The notes: generated by a model not told the origin, from the sequence alone. A stretch of 64,000 bases of DNA from Parcubacteria group bacterium Greene0416_36 (GCA_007375725.1 VMEV01000002.1:45992-109991); one strand, 5' to 3'; shown: positions 30,295 through 40,190, counted from the stretch's first letter. Numbers and translations: made by a program.

Positions 30295-30504
30295 CTAGTA
30301 TAAAATATTAACAAGGGCCAATATGAAAAAAGCGACCGAACACAGAATGGTGATACGGTGAATGATTTTTTCCGCTCCCCGTTTGGTCTGATAGAGGGCG
30401 CCGGAGCCCCCAAAAATGCCTCCCAAAGAAGATCCTTTTCCCTGAAGAAGAACCAGGACGATGAGAATGATTGATAATATGAGCTGTGTAATATCGAGAG
30501 CCAT
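30295..30504 (-). CDS. secG: Preprotein translocase subunit SecG
   Basis: LVLLQGKGSSLGGIFGG...TKRGAEK with two TM helices. Confidence 0.9.
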   Translation of the reverse strand: MALDITQLILSIILIVLVLLQGKGSSLGGIFGGSGALYQTKRGAEKIIHRITILCSVAFFILALVNILY

Positions 30505-30776
30505 AGAACTAAGTTATATAAGTCACAAGTTATAAATGACAAGTCATTAGTTATTTATCACGCCATAGTCCCGCCTTTTGCGGGGCGAAGGCGGACAAGT
30601 AGACAGCCAAGGGGAGAGGTGGTTTTATTTGTGATTTGTCATTTGTGACTTGTGATTTCTGTTGTTTAACATAGTCTACCATATCAAAATTCGCTTGTCG
30701 GTGTCAATCGAGACGAGTCGTGGATTCTAAATGTAAAAATGCGTATAATGCCTTTGATCTTACCTCGGTTTATTTT

Positions 30777-31505
30777 ATGGAAGAGCAAAAAAATCCTCCG
30801 GACCGGAAATTTATCTCACAAATCTTATTTTTCGCCCTTTTGTTTCTAGTTCTTGTGGCTGTGGGAGCTGGAATTGCTTTGTATTCATTTTTTCAATCTG
30901 AAAAGTCGCTGGGGCCTGGCGAATTATCCGGAGGCGCCATAACGGTCACCGAGTATGGGGATCCGGTGATCGGCCCGGCCAATGCTCTTATATCGGTCTA
31001 TGAATTCTCAGATTTTTCTTGCTCTTTCTGTCGCCAATCAGCTGATAGTCTTCGTTCCATATTGCTTCGCTACGATGGAAAGGTAAAATGGGTTTATAAA
31101 GATTTTCCGATTGCCTCGCTTCATCCCAACGCAATGATAGCCGCTATGGCTGGAGCCTGCGCCCATGAGCAGGGAAAATTCGTGGCCATGCACGATGCGA
31201 TTTTTGCCAATCAGCAATATCAAAGCCGTGAGAATTTGATCCGATACGCCAAAACCGTGGGCCTCGGCCAATCCCAGTTTATCGAGTGTTTGGATTCCAG
31301 CAAATTCCAGTCCGAGGTGGAGAGCGATTTGCGCGAAGGGATATCTCTCGGTGTCACTGCCACCCCCACTTGGTTCATCAATGGGCAGAAGATTGAAGGG
31401 GCGTTGTCGGAGGAGGAGCTGGCCAAGATATTTGATCAAATTCTTGGAGAAATTAAGAATGAAGAATTAAGAATGAACAGCCAATTCACTGTTGTTCATT
31501 CTTAA
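30777..31505 (+). CDS. DsbA-family thioredoxin-fold oxidoreductase
   Basis: N-terminal TM; EFSDFSCSFC, DFPI and GVTATPT. Confidence 0.88.
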   Translation: MEEQKNPPDRKFISQILFFALLFLVLVAVGAGIALYSFFQSEKSLGPGELSGGAITVTEYGDPVIGPANALISVYEFSDFSCSFCRQSADSLRSILLRYDGKVKWVYKDFPIASLHPNAMIAAMAGACAHEQGKFVAMHDAIFANQQYQSRENLIRYAKTVGLGQSQFIECLDSSKFQSEVESDLREGISLGVTATPTWFINGQKIEGALSEEELAKIFDQILGEIKNEELRMNSQFTVVHS

Positions 31506-31532
31506 TTCTTAATTCTTCATTGTTTTTTGTGT

Positions 31533-32441
31533 ATGCGTTCATTCCTCCTCTTCATCCTTTCTTTTGCTATCGGGACCGGCGTGTTTGCCTGGACCAATCC
31601 GACGGCCACGCCTCCTAATAATAATGTGGCGTTGTTTAGTCCTTGGCAGCCGAGCGGGAGTGATATTTTTTTTAGTGCGGGCAATGCAAGTGTGGGGACC
31701 AATACTGCTCTGACTCCGCTGACCCTCAAGGGCCCCCAGATTCCGGTTTTTTCGAGCGCGACTCGTGGAACCCTTACTGTTACGGGAGACTATACCGCCG
31801 GGCGTTATATGGCGATTGATTTTGCTTACAATCCAACGGCTAATCCGACCGCGCGTATTGCCGCGTATCATGATGGCGGAGGATCTCGATTATATTTGGG
31901 GACTTCTTCAAATTATGCCAGCGGTATTACTAGCTATGGTTTGACCGTGGATCCCAGCGGTAATGTGGGGGTAAAAATGTCGCCCAATGGGCCGACCTTG
32001 CATGTCAATGGCGCCATTGGAGCTACACAGTGGGTGGGAGCAGGGTGCGAGACAGGATGCAGTGCGGATGCTTATGTCCTCCTCTATCCCGATGGCCGAG
32101 GAGTGGCCACTACCGGCTGGCAGGTGGCTTCGGATGCACGCCTGAAGAAAAATGTGATTCCTCTTGGCGGCATGTTTGATAAAATTGAGCAATTACGGGC
32201 CGTGGAATTTGAATGGAAAGATCCCAAGAGGAATCAAGGCAAACAAATCGGATTCATCGCGCAGGAAGTGGAAAAAGTGATGCCTGTCTTGGTGAGCCAA
32301 GACATGACCGGATATAAAAATGTCAATTATGGCGTTGTCTCGGTCATGCTTGTAGAGGCCATGAAAGAAATGAACGCCAAGTATCAAAAACAAATCGAGA
32401 GTTTGGAAGAGAGAGTGAGGGAATTGGAGGGGCGAAAATAG
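31533..32441 (+). CDS. Secreted fibre-like protein with C-terminal S74 intramolecular chaperone
   Basis: Signal peptide, WTNPTATPPNNN, GNVG repeats, SDARLKKN...IGFIAQEVE and coiled-coil end. Confidence 0.85.
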   Translation: MRSFLLFILSFAIGTGVFAWTNPTATPPNNNVALFSPWQPSGSDIFFSAGNASVGTNTALTPLTLKGPQIPVFSSATRGTLTVTGDYTAGRYMAIDFAYNPTANPTARIAAYHDGGGSRLYLGTSSNYASGITSYGLTVDPSGNVGVKMSPNGPTLHVNGAIGATQWVGAGCETGCSADAYVLLYPDGRGVATTGWQVASDARLKKNVIPLGGMFDKIEQLRAVEFEWKDPKRNQGKQIGFIAQEVEKVMPVLVSQDMTGYKNVNYGVVSVMLVEAMKEMNAKYQKQIESLEERVRELEGRK

Positions 32442-32447
32442 ACACAT

Positions 32448-32492
32448 AAAAAATTGCAGGGGTAGGTTTCAAACTTACCCCTGTAATTTTTT
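32448..32492. terminator. REP-like palindrome / bidirectional terminator
   Basis: A-tract, TGCAGGGGTAGGTTT/AAACTTACCCCTGTA, T-tract, between convergent genes. Confidence 0.7.
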
Positions 32493-33006
32493 ATTCCACG
32501 ACCTCCGGCGCGAATTTCGGCAGTGGTCTATTATCAAAAAAATTGATTTCGGTGGCGTTGATTTCGGTTTCGTAGGTGAGGTCGTCGGTGGATGATATCT
32601 CTATATTGATTCCGGTTGTGAGAGAATTGATGGTTGGTGGATTATCTAGTGCGGGAAGAATGGGATTGTTTTTAAAAGCCACGGCGGTACTTAGAGACCA
32701 AGTTATTATTCTTTCGATGGGTGCTGGGATTCGGAGGGGGTGCAGTACGATTTGTGCCGTCTCTAGGACCATGGTTCGATTGGAAGCGTCCATGCTTCGG
32801 ATGATGCCTGAAATAGTATTGCTTGGCGCGGATGGATACAAATTATCCAAAAAATCGGTCGCTTGTTTTAGTTCGGAGCGTATTTTTTCTTTCTCCATTC
32901 TTTCCTGTCCGAGCCGGTGGTCCAGATTCCAGATGGCGTAACCTCCCGCAACCGATAGAGCGAGAAGACAAAAAAATACGAATAGATATTTGGCGGAAGG
33001 ATGCAT
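32491..33006 (-). CDS. Membrane-anchored hypothetical protein (TM, coiled coil, small beta domain)
   Basis: ORF track; architecture resembles 33876-34433. Confidence 0.7.
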   Translation of the reverse strand: MHPSAKYLFVFFCLLALSVAGGYAIWNLDHRLGQERMEKEKIRSELKQATDFLDNLYPSAPSNTISGIIRSMDASNRTMVLETAQIVLHPLRIPAPIERIITWSLSTAVAFKNNPILPALDNPPTINSLTTGINIEISSTDDLTYETEINATEINFFDNRPLPKFAPEVVE

Positions 33007-33158
33007 ATAAAAAATTATTTATTTTCTGTCATTATAGTTTTTTTATTTGCGGGTGGGAAATGATATGCTAGGTGGTAGGAAGTAGTTGGTAGTGAGTAGG
33101 AAATAAAAATTACTATAACTACTCACTACTCCCTACAAACTACTCACTAATTTTTTCT

Positions 33159-33833
33159 ATGTATAAACGCATCATTCAACAATCCGCCGTCTCGATCATC
33201 ACCTTCGGCGTGTTGGTCGTGGGTTACAACGCCATGGGCGCAGCATGGGTGGGGCCGACGGCCAATCCGCCGGGCAATAACGCGGAAGCGCCCATCAATG
33301 TGGGAGCCGCCGCGCAGGTGAAATCTGGAAGCTTAGGGCTGGGGGTGGCAGTTCCTTCCGCGCCTCTTCATATTCAGGGAAATGGAGGGGTTTTACGCCT
33401 GCAGAGCAATGTGGCGGGGATTGCCGGCAGTGTGAATACAATGTTTTATGATAGCTCGGGAACTCGCCTCGGATATGTGGGGGACGCCTCTTCGGGGAAC
33501 AACCACATTTATCTCGGGTCAGATGTGGGGAATGTGTATCTGAATACTGCCGCGGGTGCCGGAGTGACCGTGACGGCCGGGGGCAATGTCGGCATCATGA
33601 ATGCCAGTCCGACGTCTCGATTGCAAGTGTCCGGCAATCTACGCGTTGATGGATCGATATGTTTTGGCACGGATTGCCGCAGTTCGTGGCCCATAATACC
33701 TGGCACTGGGACTGAAGAATATATTGTCACGAATACTACCGGATTTATTCGTTGTCCGAGCGGGAAAGTGATGACCGGAGTCGGATATTCTGCCTCGGGA
33801 GACGATCATGTCACTTATCTTATCTGTCGATAA
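33159..33833 (+). CDS. Secreted fibre/adhesin-like protein
   Basis: Signal-like N-terminus, WVGPTANPPGNNAEAPINVG, GNVGI repeat, ICFGTDCRSSWP and CPSGKVMTG tip. Confidence 0.8.
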   Translation: MYKRIIQQSAVSIITFGVLVVGYNAMGAAWVGPTANPPGNNAEAPINVGAAAQVKSGSLGLGVAVPSAPLHIQGNGGVLRLQSNVAGIAGSVNTMFYDSSGTRLGYVGDASSGNNHIYLGSDVGNVYLNTAAGAGVTVTAGGNVGIMNASPTSRLQVSGNLRVDGSICFGTDCRSSWPIIPGTGTEEYIVTNTTGFIRCPSGKVMTGVGYSASGDDHVTYLICR

Positions 33834-33875
33834 GTAAAGCTTCGACACTTTGATTTCTTTAAATTATTTTGAATT

Positions 33876-34433
33876 ATGAACGAAAAATTACAAAATGTTC
33901 TTTTAATTTTTTTGATTGGGGCTGTACTGGCTTTGGGTTTTGTGTCTCTAAATTTGGCCAGAGATATAGGCGGCTTGAAAATGAGCAATGCACTGGTTAG
34001 AGGAGGCCAGGATATTGTAGCCACCCCATCACCGGATACCACTCCATCTGCAGAGATAAATATTGCATCTGATCTATCTCGCCTAGACACCGAGATAGAA
34101 AATCAAATCCGATCGGTGCAGGGCAATACCCATTCTGCTTTTGGGATAGTAAAATCGGTAGGAGACGCTCAATTGACGTTGGATTTGCGTTTACCCAGTT
34201 TGTCTTCTTTGAAAGGCATGGATTCTTCTATTGAGAAAAGAAATCTCGTTTTGAAATTGACTCAAGAAACCCTTTTCGACGGGATCAATCGGGTCGATAT
34301 CAAAGCCGGAGATGTTCTGGGTTTTGACTCCGTAGAGAGTGTTTATTCCGAGCGGGAGGTGTCGGCCAGAAGAGTTCTTTCTTTCCAGAATGCGGTTCTC
34401 GAGTATTTGGGAGGCACCTTGGTGGATGATTAA
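33876..34433 (+). CDS. Membrane-anchored hypothetical protein
   Basis: N-terminal TM; G.VKSV...DIKAGD beta-barrel-like pattern. Confidence 0.7.
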   Translation: MNEKLQNVLLIFLIGAVLALGFVSLNLARDIGGLKMSNALVRGGQDIVATPSPDTTPSAEINIASDLSRLDTEIENQIRSVQGNTHSAFGIVKSVGDAQLTLDLRLPSLSSLKGMDSSIEKRNLVLKLTQETLFDGINRVDIKAGDVLGFDSVESVYSEREVSARRVLSFQNAVLEYLGGTLVDD

Positions 34434-34493
34434 AGGAGGCATTAGGCTTTTAGGCATTAGCTTATTAGGGACAGCCTCATAGCCTAGCTTGTG

Positions 34494-35324
34494 TTAAATT
34501 TCTGATAATTGCATTACATTTTTGAGAAGAAAGGCCACCGTGAGTGGTCCTACTCCTCCAGGAACGGGGGAGACAAGAGATGCGCGATTTTTTACACTAT
34601 CAATATCCACATCTCCTACGATTTTTCTAGGAGCGATTTTATTGATTCCGACATCAATGATGATTGCTCCTTTTTTGATATTCTCGCCCCTGATCCATTG
34701 AGGCTTTCCGCATGCGGTCACGAAAATATCGGCATTTTTTGTGGCGTCGAAAATGTCGGTATCTCGGCAGGATTTCCATGAGCCGCCGATATTTTTATCG
34801 GCCAGAATTTTGAGAATGGGTTTGGAAAAGATTTCACTATTAGATGTGATGAGTGCATTTTTTCCCGCGAGATTTTGTCCTGTCGATTCGAGGAGAATCT
34901 TGATTCCCGCGGGGACGGGGGAGAGAATCGCGTCCGGGTCGCCTCGCAGGAATTTCTCCAGATTGGCGGGGTGGAAGCCATCGGCGTCTTTCTCGGGATC
35001 GATTGCCTGGATGGCTTGGTTGGGATTGAGTTGAGCGGGGAGTGGGAGCTGGAGGAGGATTCCGTGGACGGTTTTGTCTTCATTCAAATTTTGAATTTGT
35101 GCTGATAATTTTTTTTGCGTGGTATTTTTCCTCATTTTGAATAATCGAAACTCCACCCCGATTTTTTGGCAGGCTTTTTGTTTGAGCGCGATATATGTTT
35201 TGGAAGAGGGATCTTGGCCAACTAAAATAGCCGCTAAAATGGGTTTTAGCTGTTTTGAGGATATTTCAATTCGTAACTCATCCAGGATTTTTTCGGCGAG
35301 CACTCGGCCGGGGAGGAGGGGCAT
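34494..35324 (-). CDS. folD: Methylenetetrahydrofolate dehydrogenase/cyclohydrolase
   Basis: HGILLQLPLP, KDADG, IDVGIN and PVPGGVGP. Confidence 0.95.
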   Translation of the reverse strand: MPLLPGRVLAEKILDELRIEISSKQLKPILAAILVGQDPSSKTYIALKQKACQKIGVEFRLFKMRKNTTQKKLSAQIQNLNEDKTVHGILLQLPLPAQLNPNQAIQAIDPEKDADGFHPANLEKFLRGDPDAILSPVPAGIKILLESTGQNLAGKNALITSNSEIFSKPILKILADKNIGGSWKSCRDTDIFDATKNADIFVTACGKPQWIRGENIKKGAIIIDVGINKIAPRKIVGDVDIDSVKNRASLVSPVPGGVGPLTVAFLLKNVMQLSEI

Positions 35325-35402
35325 AGTTGACAAAAATATTTAAAAATGATAGTATATCTATACCATTCTGTTTAAAGATATCAGATTTTTTGGAGATATT
35401 CC

Positions 35403-35873
35403 ATGAAAATACTCACAATTATTGTTTTTTTGATTTGTTCTGTTTCCATTTTTGGGGCTTATTGTGGGAAGAATCTTGTTCCTAGACGTGTAAAGGCTGT
35501 TAAACCTGTATTGGTTGAAATCGATTTTAATGATTGTTTTTGGGAAACTGGAAAATATGAATGCCTTCGGGCTGACGGGTCTATCAGTGATACTAATATT
35601 CAATTTGAGATAGTCAAAGTAGCTGGTGGTGGTGAGATTCGTTTTAGTATTGATGACTCTTCCATCGAATTGACTCAGGCTCAATTGAAACATAAATCAG
35701 CTCCGAGGTTGGGTTTTAAGATAGAGAAGGAAAATGGCGTATTTATTGCTCGTGTTCCAAAGATTGTCATTGAGCAGGGCTATTTTTTTGATGGTCTTGT
35801 GATCGGAAATCGTAATGGCGGTGGTCATAAATGGATTGTGCCTTATCAAATAATTAGAAAAAATAGAAAATAA
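35403..35873 (+). CDS. Secreted or membrane hypothetical protein
   Basis: Signal-like N-terminus, GGAG SD, and an upstream TTGACA-N17-TAGTAT promoter. Confidence 0.65.
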   Translation: MKILTIIVFLICSVSIFGAYCGKNLVPRRVKAVKPVLVEIDFNDCFWETGKYECLRADGSISDTNIQFEIVKVAGGGEIRFSIDDSSIELTQAQLKHKSAPRLGFKIEKENGVFIARVPKIVIEQGYFFDGLVIGNRNGGGHKWIVPYQIIRKNRK

Positions 35874-36008
35874 AAAAGAAAGGAATACCAGCGCGTCAGC
35901 ACTAAATTTGACGGCTGGTTTTTTGATTTTATCCTAAAAAAGTTCAAGCCATCGCGCAGGTTTGCGGATGGCTTTTTCGGTGCCTAACTTATTAGAAGTT
36001 TTAGGCTT

Positions 36009-36491
36009 TTAGGCAGGGACGGTCTCGGCTTCATGAGTTTCAAGTGTCATTTCTTGCGTGGTAGGAACAGGGTGATTGTTTTGATTTGTCATGTTTACAA
36101 TCAAGCGTTCTACAGGAAAGTCAAGGCCATTGGCAAGTATTGTCCTATTTCCTAGCCCATCGGTTTTGCGGTTAAAGGGACCGAGGCTGGAGACGGACAC
36201 GGCTCGGATTGGAAATTCGTTGTGGGAGAGCGATTCGATTTTTCCGGTGTATATGCCAGAAAAAAGGGATAAGTCGATGTTGCTGGTGAGTGGTTTGGTT
36301 TCGAAAAAATTTATTGTAGGCAATGGAGCCTTGATATTTTCAGCGAACCACCTTTTGAGTGCTTGCTCGGGGGTTTCGCCATCGAGTACTTCGCCACCAA
36401 AAAGCTCGTGGTGCCAGCGGTCATTGATTTTCATGACGAGAATCTGGTTCTCGTCAGTGAAAAGAACCAGTCGAACCCAATTTTTCTTCAT
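36009..36491 (-). CDS. Nudix-fold protein with degenerate Nudix box
   Basis: GGEVLDGETPEQALKRWFAEN; ATG 36491 preceded by GGGAGG. Confidence 0.7.
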   Translation of the reverse strand: MKKNWVRLVLFTDENQILVMKINDRWHHELFGGEVLDGETPEQALKRWFAENIKAPLPTINFFETKPLTSNIDLSLFSGIYTGKIESLSHNEFPIRAVSVSSLGPFNRKTDGLGNRTILANGLDFPVERLIVNMTNQNNHPVPTTQEMTLETHEAETVPA

Positions 36492-36684
36492 CTTAAATCC
36501 TCCCTTTAAATAAATATTCTCTAAAAATATAGAGTAGAGGTTAGAGAAAAAAGAACCGCGATTCATACTAGAATCTTACAAAGAAGAGTAGCATGGGGAG
36601 GGGATTTTTGACAATGATTTATTTTTTGATTTTTTATCAAAATGGGTTCAAGATAAAAAAGGTAGATTCTAACTAAAGTATTTT

Positions 36685-36843
36685 ATGAGCAAACAAACTG
36701 TGGGAGAAATAAAAAATGATTTAGAAGAGGACGATTTGGATTCTTCAATTTTAGATTCAGCTATTAAAGAAGCCTTGGACGATTTGAAAAACGGGCGTGT
36801 TCATTCACATGAAGAAGTTTGTAAATTGTTTGGGATTAAATGA
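36685..36843 (+). CDS. Small acidic antitoxin-like protein (52 aa; absent from the ORF track)
   Basis: Hand translation MSKQTVGEIKNDLEEDDLDSSILDSAIKEALDDLKNGRVHSHEEVCKLFGIK; the C-terminus resembles type II antitoxin tails. Confidence 0.55.
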   Translation: MSKQTVGEIKNDLEEDDLDSSILDSAIKEALDDLKNGRVHSHEEVCKLFGIK

Positions 36844-36863
36844 AATTTGAGAGATTTTTTATA

Positions 36864-36907
36864 AAAAAATAGTAGAGACGCGCCATGGCGCGTCTCTACT
36901 ATTTTTT
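36864..36907. repeat. REP palindrome GTAGAGACGCGCCATGGCGCGTCTCTAC with A/T tracts
   Basis: Core is identical to 8462-8489; located at the glyA 3' end. Confidence 0.88.
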
Positions 36908-36917
36908 TATGATCTCT

Positions 36918-38165
36918 CTAAATATATTTCACCCCCTCATAAAGCGGAAATTTTTCCGTCATCTTCTCCACTTCTTTTTTCACTTCTGCGTGGATATTCG
37001 TGTCGTCAATATTTTCCAAGACGCGCACGATCCAGTGTCCGACTTGCTCCATTTCTTTTTCCTTCATCCCGCGGGTTGTAAGAGCCGGGGTGCCGATGCG
37101 CAGTCCTCCCGGATCCTGTGGGGGGCGAGAGTCAAAAGGCACGGCGTTTTTGTTGGTGTGGATTCCGGCCACGTCAAGGGCGTCTTGAGCCTGTTTTCCG
37201 GAGAGATTTTTATTGGCGAGGTCGATTAAAATAAGATGATTGTCCGATCCGCCGGAGACGAGAGTGAAGTCGTGCTCACGGAGAATATTACAGAGAATTT
37301 GAGTATTGAGAAGGATTTGCTTGGAATACTGCTTGAATTCGTCCGTCATGGCCTCGGCAAAACACACCGCTTTTCCGGCGATGATGTGCTCGAGAGGGCC
37401 CCCCTGAAGGCCAGGGAAGATGGCCTTGTCGATTTTGGAGGCGATATCTTTGTCATTGGAGAGAATGAGTCCGCCTCGAGGACCTCGGAGGGTTTTGTGA
37501 GTCGTTGAAGTTACCACATGCGCATGTGGTATTGGGTTGGAGTGGACTCCTGCGGCGACAAGTCCGGCGATATGGGCCATGTCCACCATGAAGAGGGCTC
37601 CGATTTCGTCGGCGATCGCTCGAAAAGCGGGGAAGTCCCATTCGCGCGAGTAGGCCGAAGCGCCGGCGAGAATCATTTTGGGTTTGAGTTCGAGGGCGAT
37701 TTTACGAACTTCCTCCATATCAATTCGTCCGGTTTTGGGACTCGCGCTGTAGAATGAGAATTTGAAAAGTTTTCCCGAAAAGTTGACCGGGTGTCCGTGA
37801 GTGAGGTGTCCTCCGTGATCGAGTTTGAGCGAGAGAATCGTATCGCCAGGTTGAAGGAGCGCCAAATATACCGCCATATTAGCCTGCGAACCCGCGTGTG
37901 GCTGAACATTGGCATAGGCACATCCGAAAAGCTTTTTCGCGCGGTCAATCGCCAGTTTTTCGATCTCGTCAATCCACTCATTGCCGCCATAATAGCGTTT
38001 GCCTGGGTAACCTTCCGCGTATTTATTGGTCAGCACGGATCCTGCGGCTTCCAGCACCGCTTCGGACGTATAATTTTCCGACGCAATCATCTCGAGTCCG
38101 TTTCGCTGGCGCGCGAGTTCGTTTTGGAGGAATTGGGCGAGGATGGGGTCGCGATGGGAGAGCAT
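36918..38165 (-). CDS. glyA: Serine hydroxymethyltransferase
   Basis: [27 protein letters not shown] and [12 protein letters not shown]. Confidence 0.98.
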   Translation of the reverse strand: MLSHRDPILAQFLQNELARQRNGLEMIASENYTSEAVLEAAGSVLTNKYAEGYPGKRYYGGNEWIDEIEKLAIDRAKKLFGCAYANVQPHAGSQANMAVYLALLQPGDTILSLKLDHGGHLTHGHPVNFSGKLFKFSFYSASPKTGRIDMEEVRKIALELKPKMILAGASAYSREWDFPAFRAIADEIGALFMVDMAHIAGLVAAGVHSNPIPHAHVVTSTTHKTLRGPRGGLILSNDKDIASKIDKAIFPGLQGGPLEHIIAGKAVCFAEAMTDEFKQYSKQILLNTQILCNILREHDFTLVSGGSDNHLILIDLANKNLSGKQAQDALDVAGIHTNKNAVPFDSRPPQDPGGLRIGTPALTTRGMKEKEMEQVGHWIVRVLENIDDTNIHAEVKKEVEKMTEKFPLYEGVKYI

Positions 38166-38297
38166 AGGGAATTAAAAATTAAGAATGAAGAATGAAGAAT
38201 GAAGAATTTTCTGCAACCTTATCAAATATAAAGGGGTTTGGACAGTTGCAAAATGATTTATTTTGTGTATAATTATCTAATTATTATCAGACAATTT

Positions 38298-38594
38298 ATG
38301 AATTTAAATTTTGTATCCACCACTCAGCTACAAAAAAATCCCAGTAAAGTATTGAATGAAGAAGGTATTCAAATTGTGCTTAAAAATAATCAGATGCAGG
38401 GGGTTATTTTTTCGGCTAAAATTGCCAAGCGTTTTTTGGATTTAGCCACATTGAGGCAGATTCAGGAGGAGCTTTATGAAATGTCGGATCCCGAGACGGT
38501 CAAAGTGATTGAAGAAGGCCGATCGGGAAAGAAAAAAGGCGTGGATTTTTTTGATTTCATGAAACAATATGGCGTACAAGGTAGAAAACGTTAG
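38298..38594 (+). CDS. Phd/YefM-like antitoxin
   Basis: VSTTQLQKNPSKVL...IVLKNN...VIFS N-terminal pattern with an acidic helical C-terminus. Confidence 0.55.
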   Translation: MNLNFVSTTQLQKNPSKVLNEEGIQIVLKNNQMQGVIFSAKIAKRFLDLATLRQIQEELYEMSDPETVKVIEEGRSGKKKGVDFFDFMKQYGVQGRKR

Positions 38595-38643
38595 TTTATC
38601 AATTGTGATCATGGTTTGAATTTAAAAATGTTATCTTAATACT

Positions 38644-38994
38644 ATGCCCCTTTATTTGATAGAAGAACCGATTTCTATTGAAAGGCTGAAAGAAATTGCC
38701 AGTGAACGTTTTGGTGATATGGTTAAAGTTGTTGTAGATATTGAAAAAGGGGCTATGGTTGTAGGGGGAGAATTGCATGCTGATGAAGAATCAGATCTGA
38801 TCGGAAGAGGATCGATGCAGGAAAATTTATGGGGGATCAATTTATATCCCGACATTACCGGAGAGAATTGGCTAGAATTTGATTCAATGATCAATGTTCG
38901 TCCTAGGCAAAATAATCGTACTCGAGGGGTTGAGGACCCTGATATTAGAGAGAAAATCAATCGCCTTGTTGATCAATTGGTGAAGCGATCATGA
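38644..38994 (+). CDS. DUF5674-like conserved hypothetical protein
   Basis: MVKVVVD, GGELHADEE, LWGINLYP and FDSMINVRP..NN motifs. Confidence 0.75.
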   Translation: MPLYLIEEPISIERLKEIASERFGDMVKVVVDIEKGAMVVGGELHADEESDLIGRGSMQENLWGINLYPDITGENWLEFDSMINVRPRQNNRTRGVEDPDIREKINRLVDQLVKRS

Positions 38995-39332
38995 TTTTAG
39001 ATTTTATGAACACTATGCACTCTGTAGAAAATTGGCATGTATTATCTCTGTCTTCTCAGATGGGCAATATTGGCAGTGAAATTTCAAGGGCAAAAAATTG
39101 GAGAGGCCGAAATGATATTCAATATATAAAAGCATTGGAACGAGCTTTTGAATTGTTGGATTTGACATTATCGGATCCCGCACGAAATCATCAGCTTCGT
39201 GAAATTTCCAGAGTGCGCGAAGTTCTCGCTGATATTTATCTCGGATCGTTTGAATATAAAACCACTCTCGAAGATTTAGACCGCTATTTCATGCCCTTTG
39301 CGATTGTCGCAAGAAAAGAAATGAATCGATAA
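38991..39332 (+). CDS. Conserved helical hypothetical protein translationally coupled to the DUF5674-like gene
   Basis: ATGA overlap; QMGNIGSEI.RA...RAFELLDLT motif. Confidence 0.75.
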   Translation: MILDFMNTMHSVENWHVLSLSSQMGNIGSEISRAKNWRGRNDIQYIKALERAFELLDLTLSDPARNHQLREISRVREVLADIYLGSFEYKTTLEDLDRYFMPFAIVARKEMNR

Positions 39333-39336
39333 ATTT

Positions 39337-39579
39337 ATGAGCGAATCCAAAAAACGCCTCAAACTCGTAGTGACTGAAAAATGTATCGGGTGCGTGACCT
39401 GTGAGGTTTTGTGCCCCGAAGTTTTCAAACTCGAAAACGACGGCCGCGCCCACATCAAAGACGGCTTCGACGCGGAGAAAAATAAAAAGGGCATCGACGA
39501 GTCGATATTGGCGTGCCCGACTCAGGCGATTGAGTGGCAGTCTGAGGACACCCCGTCATCCCCGAATTCTGCAGCGTGA
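39337..39579 (+). CDS. Ferredoxin (single cluster)
   Basis: CIGCVTC...CPEVF...CPTQAI. Confidence 0.88.
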   Translation: MSESKKRLKLVVTEKCIGCVTCEVLCPEVFKLENDGRAHIKDGFDAEKNKKGIDESILACPTQAIEWQSEDTPSSPNSAA

Positions 39580-39613
39580 TTTTTTGACACGGTAAGTTTG
39601 GATCGGGGATCTC
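39555..39613 (+). repeat. GTCATCCCCG...TCGGGGATCTC mini-element overlapping the ferredoxin stop
   Basis: Same termini in inverted orientation at 45403-45458. Confidence 0.6.
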
Positions 39614-39630
39614 AGGTCCCTAAAATTTTT

Positions 39631-39731
39631 TTATCGGTATTCACACGACCGCAAAAAAGGTAAGGGCTCAAAATTTTGAGCCCTTACCTTTTTTAGATGG
39701 GGGGAATAATTTGAGAATAAAAAAATCAGAA
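39631..39731. repeat. Cassette flank 1, copy A (REP palindrome, G-tract, AAAAAATCAGAA)
   Basis: Direct repeat of 40275-40378; the palindrome GTAAGGGCTCAAAATTTTGAGCCCTTAC is identical in both. Confidence 0.85.
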
Positions 39732-39776
39732 CCTTGGATGGTCTGAAATTTTGTGAGGTGGAGTAGTCCTCTGGTT

Positions 39777-40067
39777 TTATTTTTCTTTCTTTAGATACTC
39801 CGTCAAAGCTTCAACCATGATTGTTGATATGGCTTCTTCTTTGTTCTCTGGATTCTTAGTATAAGCGATCTGTACCAATTTGTTGTAGAGAGGAGAGGTA
39901 CATCCTCCTTGGAAAAAAGTATCGAGATGTATTTTTATACCGTTTCTTATTAGTGTACTTATCTGCACTTCTGTTATGGTTGATGTTTTTCGGATTTTCT
40001 CGAAGAATTCTTTTTCGAAAGCAATACTATGAATCACTTTCTTTTCTTTTTTTGTTTTTGCTAGCAT
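39777..40067 (-). CDS. Small hypothetical protein, ribbon-helix-helix-like N-terminus
   Basis: HSIAFEKEFFEKIRKTS...ISTLIRNGI pattern. Confidence 0.6.
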   Translation of the reverse strand: MLAKTKKEKKVIHSIAFEKEFFEKIRKTSTITEVQISTLIRNGIKIHLDTFFQGGCTSPLYNKLVQIAYTKNPENKEEAISTIMVEALTEYLKKEK

Positions 40068-40133
40068 TTTATACCCTTTTTATTTGTGGATTTAGGATCT
40101 GAACACTGAAATCTTTTTACTATAGATCTTATT

Positions 40134-40190
40134 TTTTGTCAATATACCCATCCTCCTCATTATTTTGTAAGATAGGCGGGAATTGGGGAA
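40134..40190 (-). promoter_or_regulatory. Cassette flank 2, copy A (57-bp block carrying a minus-strand TTGACA)
   Basis: 56/57 identical to 40866-40922; diverged third copy at 45316-45370. Confidence 0.8.

Noticed and set aside
30291-30542. N-terminal extension of the 744-aa substrate-binding ORF
   Set aside because: It overlaps secG in another frame; GTG at 30290 is the more plausible start.
31533-33833. Prophage or shufflon implied by tail-fibre-like genes
   Set aside because: The proteins have signal peptides; no capsid, terminase, integrase, invertase or recombination-site repeats seen.
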